This document shows positions 13,702 through 28,585 of a stretch of 64,000 nucleotides of DNA, in pieces. The stretch lies in assembly GCF_009834535.1 (NCBI RefSeq), contig NC_045696.1, positions 18,292,001 through 18,356,000 of the forward strand, read 5' to 3'. How positions within the stretch are numbered: position 1 is the stretch's first letter; each line of letters begins with the position of its first letter. This DNA is from Camelus ferus. Lineage: Eukaryota. The position numbers and the translations under genes were made by a program. The notes below the pieces were generated by a model. That model made no database searches and had not been told where the DNA came from. It worked only from the letters and a program-made list of their open reading frames with translations.

Positions 13702-15714
13702 ATGATTTAATCAACCCCAAACGATTTCATTCAGTAATTTGTTTCTGAAGAGAAGAACGTGTAATTAAATATTTCCTACTTTTATGAGGTGTCATTATTT
13801 ATGGTCCCCTTGGTAAATTTAATTGATTTAATTAATTTTAATTATTACTATTTATTAGGTTTATCACCTATATAATCAGTTCATTATTTTGTCAGAATTG
13901 ATTTATTGCAAAATTCTTTTGCTCACCATATTGTAAAAGTTCACAAACTCAAATTTAGAAATGCATTCCTGGCATGTGTAGTTTTGTCAAATAAAAATTA
14001 ACATCGATTTGTTCGTGAACATTAGTGACCAACAAAATGTAGACATCAATAGAAGGCATGTCTTAGGAGATAAATATATTTACTAAATAAATCTTCTTTA
14101 AAACCTTTTTATAGAGCCATATTTAACTATATCAACAATATAAAAAACAACTTTAAATGACTGTGAGGAGAAATACCCACTGAAAACTTTCTCCTTGAAT
14201 CTCGATAACTGCTTCGATGAACATGTTTAAAGATAAAGGAAGTCATCTGGAGGGAGGGAACTAAGCTTAAACGTCTTTCCTACAATATCCAGTTATTTTT
14301 ACAGAGCAAAGAATGGGATTAATTTTGGTAGTATTAGCATTCTAGCTATTAATAACATGAAAACATGCTTTTCACTCATAACAAACATTTTTCTCATGCA
14401 TAGAAAATAATATTGGTCCTTTGCACATATTTTATGAACTATGTGCAAGAGTCTGAAGCATGACTTGTATAACTAAGGAGTATTTTTTTAATCCATGCAG
14501 TTCTAATCATGCAATTACCAAATTCTTAAGTCTATGATGATAGCAAAATGTTTTTAGTCTTAACATTTAATTAATATCCAGAGTTCTGTGACTTCAATCT
14601 TCTTTTTTTTCCGTTTTAAAGAACTCTATTCATTATTGTCTTTATGGTTCCTAGCCCTTTGTCTGCAAATATTAATTTTAAACACCATATTATCTTAAAT
14701 ATGATGAAAAATGACAAATGATGACAATGGAAAGTCATGTCTCAAATGATTTCACCTCGTCTTTTACAGGACATCACACCTGCTGTCTTGGTTAGCTGTA
14801 CACAACGATTATTAATAATGACACAAAAATAGAATACCAGAGAAAAATGTAACAAATCACTATTGTCTAGGTAAATGCAATGATCTCTTTTCCAATAAAA
14901 TGACATCTATTTTTTGAAAACTACTGCAATTCTACTGAGTATCATGTCAATGAACGTTCTGATGGTAAAAAGAAGTGGATTGAAGGATGAGAGAACAGAG
15001 AGTAAGGCCATTATACCTGTCAATTAATGATAACCATAAACATAAATAATATTTTGTTTTAAGTCCTGTTAATTATTACATTTTTGCCATCATTTCATTT
15101 TTTTTTTCTTCTAGGATACTGCCTTATGTTTCCATGAACCAATGTAATTTAAAAAATTAAAAATGAAAACAAACTTACTTAAGATGATGCTTATACAAAT
15201 TCTGATCGTTTAAAATTTACAGCTCATATTTTAGAAACATTTGAGGCTTTGGAGGTTTCCATAAAAAGCAAATCAGGAAATTAAAAAAAATTACCTCACC
15301 ATTATTATGTCATAATGCAAACAGCTGAAATGAATTAGCAGTTGGAAGTGTTGTGGAAAATATAATTAAAATCAAAATCTCCTCCCAAATCAGAATGCCT
15401 CTCCACAAATATAGATGAGAAATAAAATAGTTCCATTATTGAATAAGCATTCAATAATAGAATGGGATGAGCTTCACAGGCAACCTGTAAGAAGTTGCAA
15501 AAGCAGGAAAACCCTCATGGTTTTCATAGCTAAATAGATACAACCCATTCCATGCATGCTGTCAAGATAAGCAATCACTGGTTCTCAAGTAGAGAACCTG
15601 ATGGCACCGTTTGTCACACATAATTCATTCTAAACTCACTTGGTATTTAGAGAAACCACCTGTGCTGGCAATTGACTTTGTTTAAAAGAAAAAAATAACT
15701 TCTCATATTTTTAT

Positions 15715-16040
15715 GACAGGAAGTACTTTTCACATCAGAGCAAATCCCCTGCGGAAGTCAGGCTCCTAACCTCCTACAGAAACTGGGACTTGGGGCCTCT
15801 ATCTTCCTTGATGATTACATTTCAAGAGGTGGCTCCCAGTTTTTTGAGAAAGACATTCCTGGACTATAAGTGAGCACTAGGTCAAAAGTGAGCATTTTAG
15901 CTTTAAAAAAATTTTACATGCATTTCAAATAAACAGAGAAATAATTTAAAATTATTATAAAGTAAATGCTCAAGGAAAGGGAATAAATAGGGCAAATCTT
16001 ATCCTTTATTTTTAAAAGGGAAATTTTTTTTTTCTTGTTC
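15715..16040 (-). mobile_element. MER34/MER39-like ERV1 LTR fragment
   Basis: gatgattacatttcaagaggtggctcccagttttttgagaaagacattcctgg resembles the MER34/39 LTR core. Confidence 0.55.
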
Positions 16041-17494
16041 AATTTGTACTGACCCTTGTAGAAGCAGGGTGAAAAATTTCTATTGATTTCACAGGTTAAA
16101 TTTCAATTAATCAAGGTAGTTTTAAATTGTATAATGTTAGAATTAGGCATGTAAATGGAGTAAATGAACAATTTCTCCCAGTGTTGAGATCTGTGCATTG
16201 CATTTTGTTTCTGACACTATCACTTGGTCCCCGTATGTCTCTGTCTCTGTCTTTCAGTTTCTCTTTCTCCCCCATTCTAAAATCAATCTCTAATACCTGA
16301 TGAATGGATCTTAATAAATCATATATATTAAAATTTAGTCCCCTCCACCATCATCTGGTCACAGCCTCCATCTTCACCTGTATTGGTCTTTGAAAATGAT
16401 ATTTAGCAAAACAACAAAGAACATTTTGAGTGATGAAAACAGTACACAATTACTGTAGAAAATTTAGAAAAATTAGGCAGGTATAAGGAAGACCATAACA
16501 TTTACTTGAAATTTCACTTTACAAAAATAAACACCTTAAAGCGGTGAATTTATTTAAGATACAAATATCTACAACTATATGTATTATTTTATACACTATA
16601 TATATACTAAAATATACATTAATTATAGGTTTATTTACCCATATGGTCATATAAATACATAAACTGCAAATATATAGTTATAATTATTGTATAGCCATTG
16701 ATAAAGATTATGTTTATAAATATAGACATATAGATAAAGATATATATTTGAATATACAAATACTCATACATGTGGTTACTTTTGTGAAAGATATGTAAAT
16801 CTATGTATTTGTTACTATTTGAATCATATTGCACATAGTTTTGATATAGTACTTTTAAAGTGAATGTTCAACTTTTTGATCAATTTAATTTAGGCTAAAA
16901 TGATTAACTTTCCCCCTCTCTCTCACACACACACACACACAAAGGATGTTCATAAAATTTCATTACCTATAATATGCATAGATCAACTTATATAAAAATA
17001 AAATTAGTTTGGTCTTTAATATTTTATGCAAGATCATGATAACGGGTTTTCATTTGCTTATGATTACTTTGCAATTATTTTTGGTATTAAAAACCTATAT
17101 CAAAATTATTAGAAAAATCCAGAAATTATGTTATATTAAAACATTTTAACATAATTTATTTTCTTAAATCTGAACATATCTCCCAATAGTCATAGATTCC
17201 TAAAAAAAAATAAAAATTTGAATTTGAAAAAATTATAATTCACACAATAGTTATGCACGTTTGTTTATCCTTAGATTTTTCTAACTTTAGAAAGACAAAT
17301 AAAAGTACTTTGAAAACCTCAATGATGTTGCATAAAATCTAGTATTATCTCAGTTTAAACACATTATAATTTATGTTTCATTAAAATATTGATAGTACTT
17401 TCAAAATTACAAGAAAATAGTGACTCATAATCTTCAATTATTTATTGAGTTTTAGAATATTTGGACTATTTTTATGTATGCCTCACTTGTTTTA

Positions 17495-18820
17495 AAGACT
17501 TTGTTTGGAGAACTTTTAAGACAGCAAAAGTGAGCTGAAGGCAGAAAGATTTCCCAAAAAATCCTGCCTCTACAAATGCATAGCCTCCCCCATTATCAAT
17601 ATCCCCCACCAAAGTGGTACATGTGTTAACAACTGATGAGACTACATTGACATGTCATAATCCCTCCAAATTTATAGTTTACATTACAGCTCACTGGACA
17701 AAAGTTTAAACAAATATGTAATGACACGGATCCAACATTAAATGATCATACTGACTAGTTTTACTGCCTGAAAATCTTCTGTGCCCTTATCTATTTCTGT
17801 TATCCCCCTCGACATTTGACAATCACTCGTCTTTTTACTGTCTCCATAGTTTTGCCTTGCCCAAAATATCACATAATGAAAGCAAATAGTCCGCAGCTCT
17901 CTCAGACTGGCTTCATCCTCTTAGCCATATGCATTTAAGTTTACTCCACGTCGTTTGGCTTGATAAAAGAGTTGATAACTCAGTTTCATAGCTCATTTCT
18001 TTTAGGAGATGAATAATTTTTCATTGTCTGGATGTACCACAGGCCAATTATCCATTCGCCTACTGAAAGAAATCATAGTTGGTTCCAGGTTTTGACAATT
18101 GTGAATAAATTGTCCATAAATCGATGGATTTTTCTGGAGACATAAGTTTTCAACTCTTTTGGATAATACTTGGAAGAACACTATTAATGGATCCTCCTAG
18201 TATTGGCATAAAAACATGGTTAGTTTTGTAAGCTTCCAAACTCTTCTAAAGTAGCCACACCCTTTTTCATTTCCACCAGCAAAGAATGAGAGTTCCTGCT
18301 GTTCCACATTTTTGCCAATATTTGGTGTTGCCAGTGTTCTAGACTTTGGTCATTCTAATAGGTAGATACTGGTATTTCATTGTTATTAATTTGCATTTCC
18401 TAGTGATCTATGGTGTGGAATATTTTTTTACATGCTTATTTGTCTGCTGTATTTCTTCTTCGGTGAGGTGTCTGTAAAGGTTTTTGGCCCATTTTTCAGT
18501 TGGGGTGCTTGTTTTCTCATTATTGTGTTTTAAGAGCCCTTTTTATATTTTGGATAATCGTTCTTTATTAGATGTTCTTTATTAGATTCTTTATTAGATA
18601 TTTTATCCCTATCTATGGCTTGTCTTCTCATTGTCTTGACATTGTTTTCTCAGAGTAAAAGTTTTTAATTTTAATGAAGTTCAGTTTAACAATTCTTTCT
18701 TTCATGGATTATGCCTTTGGTGATGTATTTAAAAAGTCATCACCATAATTCAGGTTAACTAGTTTTTCCCTTAAATTGTCTTCTACAAGTTTTACAGTTT
18801 TATGCTTTACATATAGGTTC
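17495..18820 (-). mobile_element. L1MC-like LINE-1 fragment (3' UTR plus end of ORF2)
   Basis: agcctcccccattatcaatatcccccaccaaagtggtacat, ctttttactgtctccatagttttgcctt, ttccaccagcaaagaatgagagttcctg, ttttaatgaagttcagttt. Confidence 0.88.
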
Positions 18821-18984
18821 CCTCACTTAAAAAAGAAAAAAGAAAAAGGAAAAAAGCTTGCAGTGATTTTTATTCCTACCATATTTTCATTCTGAGTACA
18901 AGTGAAGTTTCATTCTTTGCACACTCAATGCCATAGATTTGCCTTTAAGTGTTGTCTTTAATTTTGCAAAGCATTTAGAGTATA

Positions 18985-19140
18985 GTGTTTAGGCATGCAG
19001 ATTCTGATATCAAACTACCTGGATTCAAATTTCAGGTGGTCTGATGATGATAAGTCTGAGCTTCAACAAGTCACTCTCTCCTTCTAAATTGCTGATAATA
19101 GCATTACCTACCTTGCGGGCTTGAGAGGATTGACTGGTTA
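18985..19140 (+). mobile_element. MIR fragment
   Basis: gcagattctgatatcaaactacctggattcaaatttcag...ataatagcattacctaccttgcgggcttgagaggatt. Confidence 0.55.
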
Positions 19141-19744
19141 ATATTACCTATTAAAACGGTCTCACTTTTACCAAAAGTGAATTTGAATAGGCTGATGTAA
19201 ACATATATTCTGGTATATCATTAAATGGCCTTAAGAATCATTTTTTATTTTTAGAGAATACTTTTGAAATATTTTTACACTTACAAAAGGAAATAGAAAA
19301 TTGGTAAATTCACCTAACATCAACTAAAGAAATGAATGCATGCTAATTTGAAACAAGAAATATACATTTTATGTTCACTCTTACATAAACTGTATTCAAA
19401 ACGTTGTAGGTAGTTTTTTAGAAAACATCTTGGATCCTACTCAGAGATTGGCTTTCTGTTTTCTAAAATTACACTGAAGCATTGTATTTTAATGAATAAA
19501 AAGTAAAATAACCATGAATATGATGACTCATAATCCTATTTCCCAATTGGATCGAATTGTCCTCTAGAATTGTCTAATTATGTAAGTAAAGTTACATCAT
19601 TAACATTTAGATAATAACTATAATGCTTCTGGTGATGATGAGATCAGTTCATGTAAGAAATAAGCTCAATTAACACTTCATTCTTCAGCAATTGTAAGCT
19701 ATTCTCACAATGAGTCTTATAAATAGTACTTTTAAACTTCTTAA

Positions 19745-19910
19745 CCCAATAGTTCAAATATGTCATCTATAAAATTATCTGGGGATCGTTAAACATGTAG
19801 ATTGCTTGCCTATATCCAAAGATACAGATTCACTAGAGGCTTGAGTAAATCCTGTGTATCTCTGTTTCTAGCAAGCTCCACATCCCAAGGGTTTATGCTG
19901 GTTACCTACA
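19745..19910. mobile_element. MER5-like hAT-Charlie MITE
   Basis: aaattatctggggatcgttaaacatgtagattgct...cagattcactag...tctctgtttctagcaagctcc. Confidence 0.5.
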
Positions 19911-20399
19911 TTACGTCCTCACTGCTTTTATCATTTTTCTATTGAATTCTCTTATAATGATTTATTCACTTGTGAGAACTTTTGTACTTTATTTTATATA
20001 TTAAATATAAAATATATATAAGTATATAGTATACAATAGTTTAAAATCAATATAGAAATATGGAAATATGTTTCAATGGTCTGCAAATAATCATGAGTAT
20101 GATCTTTCTCCTTTTTGATTTTTTATACTTTTTTTAGTATCCTTCATAAATTTAATTTTTTAGAAGTCTACCTCCCTTCACCTTTTCTTTATGGTTTTGA
20201 ATTTTTAGTTTCATTTTTTACTTTTTAAAGTTTATTATCCAGAGACAGAAACTTTGTGAAGAAGGCTACCTAGTGTTTTACTCAGAATTTCAATTTCTCA
20301 GCTTTTCTTGTGCTAAGTATCTGTTGGGCACAAAGACAGACAGTTGCTGTTAGAGCTCTCCCAGCTCCTTCCTGAGTGCCTCCTCCTCGTGCCTCCCAG

Positions 20400-21320
20400 A
20401 CATACTTTATTGTATCCACAAGAATTTATAGTCTTTCTTCAGAAAAATCTCTTATGTACTTACTCTATCTCTTCTCTCCACCTTGTGTTCCCTTTCTTGC
20501 TCTAATTGAAACCTTGTTTCACCTGATGACACTATTTTGTCTTCTGTTTCTCAAATAAAGCATGATCTCTACCCAAATATTTTTTCCTACTATAAAAGAT
20601 GACCAATTCCCGCTCACAACCAAGGCTTATCTTTCCATTTGTACACCAGACCCTTTTACATCTCAAGTAATAAAAAAAAGTGCTTTTGTACAGATTACTG
20701 CTCTCTCTTGTCTCTGATTTCTTTCTTCCTATTTGACAATTTTGATTAGCATACAAATATAGTAGAATGACACCTTTCTTTAAAGACAAACGAAAGTCCT
20801 CCCAGGACTCTATTCTGTCTTCAGCTGCCACCACAATTCTGTGATCCTTTCACAGAAGAAAAATCCTCAAAGGGATTGTTTCTATTGGTTGTCAACAATT
20901 TCTCATCACAAATATCTAACACACTCTTGTCTTTACTATTTCATTGATGCAACATTTGTCTAATTACCAACAAACTTGATTTCTTTTTTCAAATCCAGTT
21001 ACATAAATTTTCTTCCTGAAATTTGCAATGCTACTTGACAAAGATGAACACTCTCTGATTTAAAAAAAAAAAACAACAAAAAAACTTTGTCAGTGTTTTT
21101 TTGGAGGCTATACTCTCCTGGTTTTCCTGCTATGTCACTTGTTATTCCTTAACTCTTTTCTGCCTCTCATCTTCTTCTTGTCCTCTAAATGTTGGAGTGC
21201 CTTAAAATTAATCCTTGTTCTTCTTTACTTACATTATCATTTTTTTATGAACTCTTGGTTTCATTCCACGGCTTTAGATATTCTTTATAAGCTGATGATT
21301 CCAAATTACATGTAATAATC
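20400..21320 (+). mobile_element. L2 internal fragment
   Basis: Pyrimidine-rich L2-like blocks: atactctcctggttttcctgctatgtcact, cctctaaatgttggagtgcct, ataagctgatgattccaaatt. Confidence 0.6.
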
Positions 21321-21349
21321 TCACTCTGGATGCCATGTCCAATAAGAAG

Positions 21350-21800
21350 CAAAGGATGGAATCCGGAGGATCAGTTACCAGACTCTCATAATAACACAGT
21401 GCAGGTCAGAGTTGATAATTGCTTGGAAGAGGGTGATAGCAATGTAGCTAGCAAAAAAATTAAAAAAAAAAATGGTTCAGATTCTTAAACTGTTTTGGAA
21501 GAATTGCCAACAGACCTAAGAATGAATTGCTTGTTGGTTGTTGGTTGAAGGGACACAAGGAACTAAGTGTATCTGGGAAGTTTGCCTGACCACTTGAGTA
21601 ACTAGTAGCACCACTTACTGAAACAAAAAATTGGAGAAGGAGAAGTGGAGTGGGATGGATTGTGTCATAAACTCTGCTTTGAACTGCCTTGTAAGTATCT
21701 AAAGGGAAAATGTGGTAGGCATTTAAAGAGATGAGTCTAAATTTGGTTAAATTAGAGACTACAAGGCAAGAAAATGGAGTGGTAATATAAATTATAGTTT
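21350..21800 (-). mobile_element. L2 fragment
   Basis: gcaggtcagagttgataattgcttggaagagggtgatagcaatg...tttgcctgaccacttgagtaact...ccacttactgaa. Confidence 0.55.
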
Positions 21801-24800
21801 TGATTTGTTTTATTGTAAATGACATAAAAGTAAGATAATAGTTTCAGGTAAATTGGGGTCAAATGGTATTTTTTTTCTTTTCTTAAGTCTGTCTGTTAGG
21901 GTTCTTATTTGCAACCATTAGTCTCTCTGGATAAATTAGCCATTTAAGCATATAACTAACCACACAAATGCATATTTAAAATATAGTATAGAATTTTACA
22001 GGCATTTCAATCATAGATATGCTAATAACTAAGTATATAGACCTTATTTTCTAGCATAAATTTTTCCATCTCTAAAATAAAGGTGGCTTGCTAAATGACC
22101 TAATCTTTCCACTACAAAGTCATACTATTCTAAAAGAGCATCTGAGACAGTTTTGAGACCAATATGTTAAGAATTAATATGTATGAGAATTCTGTTTTTG
22201 TAGAGGTTGAATCAGGAGTTGCACAAGAGGTTATAACATTTTACATTATGCTTTATTATTTATTTTGATATTTAGAAGGTTCATGAAACACATTTATTTA
22301 GAAATGAGAACACATTACATGAGGATGAGCAAGTCATTTAATATTCTTGCCTCATTTTCTTAATATTAAAAATAAGGATCATTATAAAATATACCTCATC
22401 ATGTGAACAAAATTCTTCTAATCATAAGCACTCCATAAGTTTACCTATTTGTGATGTCATTAATATTTGACGTATTATTAAAACTCGAAATTTAGCTCTG
22501 TTATTGACAAGTGCTGAGCATACGAGCATTCAGAATCATGTGATATCGAGCATTTCTCTAGCACATCATGTGGACTTGATTATCCATTGCAAAGACAAAT
22601 TGCTACTACTTAATCCTGGGAAATGTCTATTTTGTCAACTATTACAAATGTCACTCGTTTGCTTATCTTTATCCTACTTTATTCTACTTCACTGAAGTGG
22701 AACTCTTGATCTCTCACAATAATTAGAGATGGATAAAGGTTTATTCTGATAAAAAAATCAGAAGTAGAGAAATCTATGAGAAATAAGTAATCTATTTTCA
22801 TCATGGAATTTTGTTGAAACAGTTAACCATAGGAAAAAAAAGATCAAGTTAAACATAAAAGTGGAATCCATTCTTCGATGGACAAAATGCTATGTAGTGA
22901 AAGCTATGTGCTTTCTGTCACTGTGAAAAAAATTCATAACATCATGAAACTCTAAATTGGACCATCTGAGCACAAAATAGTACAAGAATGAACTTTAAGT
23001 CAAATATTAGATTAATTCTTTGAGCTTTATATGTTAGAAAATATTGGAACTGAAGCAGAAAAGCAAACTAATGAGGTCTACATTTGGCAAAAGTTATTTA
23101 ATGTTTAAATCTAATTAGGGAGTATTTAAATTATTCTGTATTTCTGCAAACTTTGCTGTATGTATTATTGTATACAATAAATCTGTATTCCAAAATTAGT
23201 ACTCAGTGACTAAGCAGCTCTTGTATTGATGTTGAAAGTTTCTTTCCATGTTTGTAGTAGTTACCATTGACTCAGGAGTGCACTGTGATTCTCTTGTCTT
23301 AATTATCATAGTATTTGGAAGGCTAAGCTTAAAAATCCATAAATATATTCCCCATTCACCTAGTAAATATTGTCCAGATTGCTGACCTAGTATTTCTCAA
23401 GAAATAAGTGGCTCCAAGAGGAGTATGTGTAAAATCCATTCTCAATTAAGTGTGGGTAGAAACCTCCCAGGAACCAGAAAAATCATCCTGTGGATCTAAA
23501 GAGAATGGAAAAACACTGTTCCAAACAGAAAGCAGCCAAGGACAGATAGCGTGCGGGCATCTCAGGAGAGGAGAGAGTAACTGCCACAGATGTGTCCATT
23601 TCTGGTCCAAGGAAACATCTTTTTTTTTAATGAAGAATGTTGATACATACAACCATTTATTTCAAAGATACTTTAGGACATTTAAAATTAAGTGGAATGG
23701 TGTTTTAAATTCAGTGAAACAGGGGTTTAAAGTTTTTCTCTTGTATACACACTTAAATGCATGTAGTGAATGTCATTGCTAATGAGAGTAAAGATGTATA
23801 TGTGTACTAAAATTTAGGATTATAAACTAGCAGTGTGTATTTCTCCTAAACCAGAATTTTTGATATCAGTAGGTTACGAATGTTTGTTCTGTGTTCTTTG
23901 ATCTGTATCTCAGCCTCACCCATTTTCTCCTTGCCAGTTCCAGCACATCTGTCCTGGCCATGTCATCCCACTGTTGAATGACTGTCATGGTCATATCCCC
24001 TGTCTCTTTGATCGGAACCTCCATTCTCTAAATGGTCATTAAAAGGCTGCCTTTTAAAAATCAGACAGATTTTCACTAGCAATACGCAAGGATACACTTA
24101 AAAATTATAAATTGTAACTCTTCATTTTAAATTATAAAAACTATTTCAAAGTAATTCTAATTCTGTAAATGTCAAATTAAACACCCCTAATATTAAAATT
24201 AGGACAACTGGCATTTGTCTCTATTCCGATTATATGGTGTTATTTCCCACATTATGAGTGGCCTCAGCAGACTTTTGTCCTTGCTCTCTAACTATTTTCT
24301 GAAACCAAGATTATCATTAATTATTCTAAAACCAGAACCATCCTCTTCACCAATTGTTTTCAAGTATTTCATGGCATATCTTTCAACAATCCGGTACAAT
24401 GGTTATGTGACAGTTCAGTTCACAACCTTCATCTTGAATGTTTCAACATAACTAAATTGCTTAAATGAGACCACTGTGAGGATTTAATTGTTTAAAAAAT
24501 CACACCAGGTCATTATTCGAATACTTTCCAAGCTAAAAACCATTACGTACTACCTCCATGGCACAGCATTTTGGGGCCATGACTATTCATTAATAGTTTA
24601 ATTGGAACAGATGCACTCAGATCTGTTTCCTGAGGAAAACAGGATCTTACACGTAGGTACACTTCCATTCTGCCCTTATAAATTTACCAGGATTTTTAGT
24701 TCCGGTCTTAAATTCTACTGAAAAGTCTTAACCTTTCCCTGTGCCTCACTGATTTCTAAAGCAAGTATATCAATGCTAAGCTAGTTAAAAAGACCTCATT

Positions 24801-27224
24801 TAATTATTACAGTGATCTCATGACATATGCAATATTTTTAATTCCATTTTTACTGAAAAATTGTGGCATGAAAAGAAAAAAGAGGGATATTATATATATA
24901 TGTTTTTTTTTTAAAACTTCTAACATTTTCCTGAAATTTGTAGGGATAAATTAAAAAATATTTTTCTCACTTTTTCTATTAGCTTCTTTTAAATAGAACT
25001 TTTTTTAAGAAAAAAAAGAAATTGTTTCTCAGTTCTCAACATCAGAAAATATATTTGTCTTTAAAAATAAAGGTCTTTTTGTGCTTAATATTCCTGCTCT
25101 CCTTCTGGATGGATGGCATGAGTCATTTAACTGATCATGTCTCCATTTTGGTTTGGCCGTTAGAACCAAATTTGTAGTGCATCTCTGTTAATAGAAGCAT
25201 ATGGTACACAAATCTTCCCTCAGCCTTCGCATTTTCCTACATAGTTTTGCAATTTTCTCTGACTCTCTGAGGTTATTACTGTCATGATTATTTTACAGAA
25301 TGAAAGTTTTCTAATCACTGCAACTTCTCTTGCACATAAGGCAAATGGCAAAATGCCTTGACAAATGGCAAACCAGGTGAGCCCATAATATCCAGCCTGA
25401 CAAAGGCTGCGCCAGCAAGGATGAGCTGAGTAATGGCCAGATGGGTCACTGTCTTCTCACACCTGCAAGACATTCGAGTCTTGGTGACAGCCTCGGCTGT
25501 ACTAACTCAGGAAAAGTAATGCCCAGCTCTACACCATAACTTCTGGACTGTCCCTTCCAGGCGTCTGCTGTATTTCATTAGACCTAAAGGAGCTCTCTGT
25601 TCTGCAAGACAACATCAAGACTAACCACTTATCACTATTGTTCTTGGTCAATGCTCCACATGTAAGTTTCTTGGAGCATCAGTCTTGTGCTTTATTCTTA
25701 TATCTCTAGTAACCCTCTAAATTTCCTTTTCCCTGATGGAGTTTCTCCTCCATCCCTCCACACCTCTAACAGCGCTACTATAGGCACTAAATCTTCTGTT
25801 CCAATGTCAATATCTTTAGCTGTACTCTTAACTTTTCTTGTCTAAAACTTCCTTCCAACTCTATTTCTTAAATGAGCATGCTTTTTTTTTTCTTTTCAGT
25901 CCATGCAGAAAGAGGCTCTTTATTCTTTTTTGTTCCACAGACTTACTGCTGGGAAACACGATCACTCTGTTCCTTACTCCCAAACTATTTCTCCTCCATC
26001 CTCTTGCAAAATTCACTATTCTTTAATGATTTTACCGTCATTATATACTTCTCTCTATAATTATTCATTGTGTAATCATACTCTTTTGCGGCTACTATCT
26101 TCATTTACCTAATATCTTCATATATGATCTACAGAATCCCTCCCTAATCCACCAGAATGCCTACATATTCTTGATAAAAAATTATCATCTCCTATAAATA
26201 ACTTTCTGCATTACATTTTTCACCCATCCTGGGGTTACATACTGGATTATTGGGAATAAAACATCCTTGAAGTTATTGTGTTAAATATAAATATCCTAGT
26301 GTCTAACCATAGCTTTTTATCATCATGGGCTATATCTTTTTTCATATACAACTGAGATTCATGGACCATTTCTTTCTAGTTGTTTAAACTTTGTCCTTCT
26401 ATCATTTTGTTACTTCTCCAGCAATACCTATTCATACTTAAAATCTCTCTATGTAACCTCTCTAAACATGCCCCTATACAATTAAATGCTGATGGATACA
26501 ATCAAATAGATACCACTATTCCATATCTTCATAGTCACTAATAACAACTAGTTGTTAATCTCAGATTTTTTTTTAATGATCCTCAAGGAACTTGATTCTT
26601 TGTTCACTGCCCATAATTATTTCCAGTCATTTCAGACTAGATATTTTCCTTTCCTTTTTCCCTATAAACTAATACACTTAATTCACATGAAAAAGAGCTA
26701 AGCAAAGCCGTAATATAGTAATTCCCTAGAATTCTGACACTCAAATTCATCATTTCAGCTCTCCTTCCTTCCCTTCCACAAGAAGACAGGTGTCCTTCTG
26801 ATTAAAACCCAATACTTTCACCTGCACTATGGGTTATCTTTCCTATCTCCCCTCAATTTCCCCCACTTTCCTGGAACATAAAATCCTTTATTTCTATTGT
26901 ACTTAAAACAAAGTAGTTTAAAAAAAATTTGTTCCCACAAATGAAATAATAAAGTGGAATATAAAATAATGTAAACTCCAGTGTACACTTTAATTCAAAA
27001 ACCTAAAAAGGTAGAATTTGAATAAACAAATTTATGTATATATATACACACAAAATTAGGAAATAATTCTTATTTTAGAGATGAAAGTATTTTAATGGCA
27101 TAATTCTATAGTGACAGAGTTATGATTATAATACATGTGTGCCTTTTTATTCTTTTTTATTTTTACTTCATTGTTAATTCAAAACTACAGTACCCATGTT
27201 TTCTATTCTTTCATCAATTGCTTA

Positions 27225-27350
27225 GCTTTCTGTATAGGTAGAGAACATTGTTTTTAAAATCAGAAACCCCACGATTAAACCCCAGCTCAACTTCTGTCAA
27301 GAGTGAGAGATACTGAACAGTCAGTTTAACATCTCTAAGCTTTACCATGC

Positions 27351-27396
<46 letters not shown>

Positions 27397-27500
27397 TCCA
27401 AAAAATAGTGTCTAACTCATAGGCTTGTTGCCAGTCTTAATGTAATAATGCATATAAAACACTTGCCTATTGTTCATCATAGGAAATACCAAGTAAATGT
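27225..27500 (+). mobile_element. MIR interrupted by a (TA)n microsatellite
   Basis: aaatcagaaaccccacgattaaaccccagctc...tttaacatctctaagc [TA repeat] aatagtgtctaactcataggcttgttg...taatgcatataaaacactt. Confidence 0.65.
27356..27393. repeat. (TA)19 microsatellite
   Basis: Perfect alternating TA run read directly. Confidence 0.95.
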
Positions 27501-27966
27501 CAGGATTTTTTATTACTACAAAAATTCCATCTTATTTCATCAATTATTCACCAAATAATATCTTATCTAGCATGTCAATTTTATTATTTTCTATCATACA
27601 CTCACCATCCTCACTAAACTGCCAATTTTTCATCATTTTGCAATTATTTAGAAACCTTATTGAGAATCTACTACATACTAATAACTCAAAAAATTGATGC
27701 AATTCAAAGATAAAGAATAAAGTAGACAAAGGCATGGGGTTGTTTGGGGCAGAGGTTTTCACTTTTATCTCCATATCCTTTAGCATTCTCCCTAGCATTC
27801 ATGATCTTTTCTTTGTGGATCATACTTCCTCATGATGTTCTTTTAGGAATGCAGACAACACCTATTCTATCATTTTAAGGCAGTCTCCTCTATGCAATTC
27901 TCCTTGCCATTGTAGTCCATACAGATTCCTTCATTGCCTGAATTTTTATTAATTTGTCAATAACCG

Positions 27967-28585
27967 TTTATTAGTTATGAATTTCTTCATAATGAATTGT
28001 CACAGACTTAGTGATCTAAATCAACAAACTTTTTTTTTTTTTAATTTCAGTTTCTGAGAGTCAGGGATCCAGGTTTGAATTAGTTTGGTGCTTTGCTTCA
28101 AGATCTCTGAGAAATCTGCCATCAAGGTACCAGCCAGAGTTGGGAGTTCATTAAGGCTTGGCTGGAGAAAGATCCGATTACAGCCTTACATGGTTGTTGG
28201 TAGAACTCAGTTCCTGGTAGTCTTCTGGAGTACAAGACTTGTCTTTTTTCTATTTATCAGTCAGAGGTCTCCCTCACCTCCTAGCTGGCTTTTTGGACAG
28301 AGGTGGCCTTCAGTTCCTTACCGTATATACCTCCATCATGGCCATTTGCTTCTCAAAACATGCAAAACAAAAAGGCAAAAAAGCTCACCCATTAGTGAGA
28401 TAGAAGTTATAATCTATATAATGCAACGATAAAAGTAATATAATACCATCTTAGTTATACTCCATTGGTTAAAATAAGTCACTGATCCTGCCAGTACTCA
28501 GAGACAGGGAATTCCACTCGGTCTTAGATGCCAGGATTTAGGGTTAATTGGAGAAGGAGACATCGTAGAGTCTGTCTGATATGCA
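27967..28585 (-). mobile_element. MLT1E/F-like MaLR solo LTR
   Basis: cacagacttagtgatctaaatcaacaaac...cagtttctgagagtcagggatccagg...atcaaggtaccagccagag...atggttgttggtagaactcagttcctgg...tagagtctgtctga. Confidence 0.75.

Noticed and set aside
14770..14870. Plus-strand acceptor (cttttacag|g) and donor (ctag|gtaaat) pair
   Set aside because: All three frames contain stops, and such site pairs are frequent by chance.
15435..15458. 10-bp inverted repeat ATTATTGAAT-aagc-ATTCAATAAT
   Set aside because: Short, AT-rich and isolated; no supporting context.
18562..18599. Three tandem copies of TCTTTATTAGAT
   Set aside because: Slippage duplication inside an old L1; no spacers, not CRISPR-like.
23450..23782. 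110-aa ORF in non-repeat sequence
   Set aside because: GTG start, no recognisable domain, no clear exon boundaries.
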